This document shows positions 63,065 to 64,000 of a stretch of DNA of 64,000 bases, piece after piece. Under the pieces are notes generated by a model. That model made no database searches, was not told the origin of the DNA, and worked only from the letters and a program-made list of their open reading frames with translations. Where the stretch lies: positions 1,384,730 through 1,448,729 of the forward strand of contig BDGG01000007.1 in NCBI GenBank assembly GCA_001949185.1, written 5' to 3'. The position numbers were made by a program, and so were the translations under genes. Positions within the stretch are counted from its first letter, which is position 1. Each line of letters begins with the position of its first letter. Source of the DNA: Ramazzottius varieornatus (lineage: Eukaryota > Animalia > Tardigrada).

Positions 63065-63825
63065 TTATGAAAGCTTTGCAGTTCTTAACCTAGTCTTGAG
63101 TTCAGCACAAGTCATATTTAGCGAATCTGCCGCCATATAACCGGCGTAATCACAGCACCTTGTACTATTTAGCACGCTAGGAAGAGAGTAGGTCTCGTTA
63201 TACAGTCTACTTGAAAAAACATATTTGCTGAAATAATCATGATTTTGATATGTGTGGAGATGTATGGGTCCGTTTAGCGTGCAGTTTGCCGTCGAAGTAG
63301 TCGGATGGTCAAGGTCCAGCTTCAAAAAGGGGTGCTGCTTGCCGGACTGAAGTACTTCGTTGACAGCCAAGTGCCCACCGTATAGTAATACAACTCCATA
63401 ATGCCACTCCGGCCACAAAAGCGCCATACTCCACCAAGCCGAAGTTCGTTGTTTGGGGGCGAACTCGTTTTTGCTCAGATGGATCATCCAGTGCACTGTC
63501 CGTGCAGCAACCTTCGCTATCAGGTGAGGCGAACCGATCCATGTAGAACCGATATTCCATATGGTGGTGTTGAAATGGATGCCGCTGTAGTTGGCGACCA
63601 TTGCCAGTTTTTCCATGTTATAGGGGTCGCTATATGCCCCGTTCCCGGTCACAAAGGCGCAGTTGGGCGGAATCCAGTGTGAAAATGCTGGGGGGAAGAA
63701 AACGTCCAGATCGGAGCGAACGACGTAGTCGTAATTGGAATAAGTGGAAGCATGTTCTACCAAAGCGTAGATGGAGTCGATGAACGGGTATTCTTTCATT
63801 TGTTCGTGGAGATTTCGCTCGTACT
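63065..63825 (-). CDS. Paralog (copy 2) of the 58923-60501 gene; last exon only, 5' part outside window
   Basis: YDYVVRSDLDVFF (DxD intact), FVTGNGAY, WNIGSTWIG, WPEWHYGV; same intron position as copy 1. Confidence 0.7.
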
Positions 63826-64000
63826 CTGGAAAGACAGACGTAGGCTCCTGATCATACACATAGCAGAGAACAACATGTATAGAGACATGCACTCAAGTGC
63901 GTTGTCATCATTATGCATGTGATGGATACTAAAACAGAGAGAACCGTCGCCCAGTTCGGTTGAGAGCATAAACTAAGACGTCGGCGAATAAACCGAACGA

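Overview
Eukaryotic (metazoan, compact-genome invertebrate; the organism cannot be established from the sequence) genomic DNA with short GT-AG introns. Host genes: a 4E-T/EIF4ENIF1-like gene (5' partial), DENND4/Crag, a vasculin/GPBP1-like gene, USP32, eIF4A, a decayed GPAT3/4 duplicate, and a small cluster of two putative GT-A-like glycosyltransferase paralogs around a PC-esterase/CASD1-like gene. About 12.1-27.8 kb is a decaying Polinton/Maverick (adintovirus-like endogenous virus). It carries protein-primed PolB, rve integrase with chromodomain, minor and major capsid genes (the major capsid gene split by a nested pogo transposon), an ATPase remnant and two core-type small proteins. Its accessory cargo is unusual: an open TATA-binding protein (TBP) homolog, a tandem PC4-like protein, BIR/IAP-like genes and a DEDD-like nuclease. 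Its PolB is split by at least five spliceosomal introns, four at or next to catalytic motifs. maT-like Tc1/mariner remnants flank the element. A modular palindromic repeat (AAGTGGCGCA-N~27-TGCGCCACTT) occupies most of the longer host introns but is absent from 8-27.9 kb. All protein assignments come from motif recognition by eye, with no database search; boundaries of decayed features are approximate.
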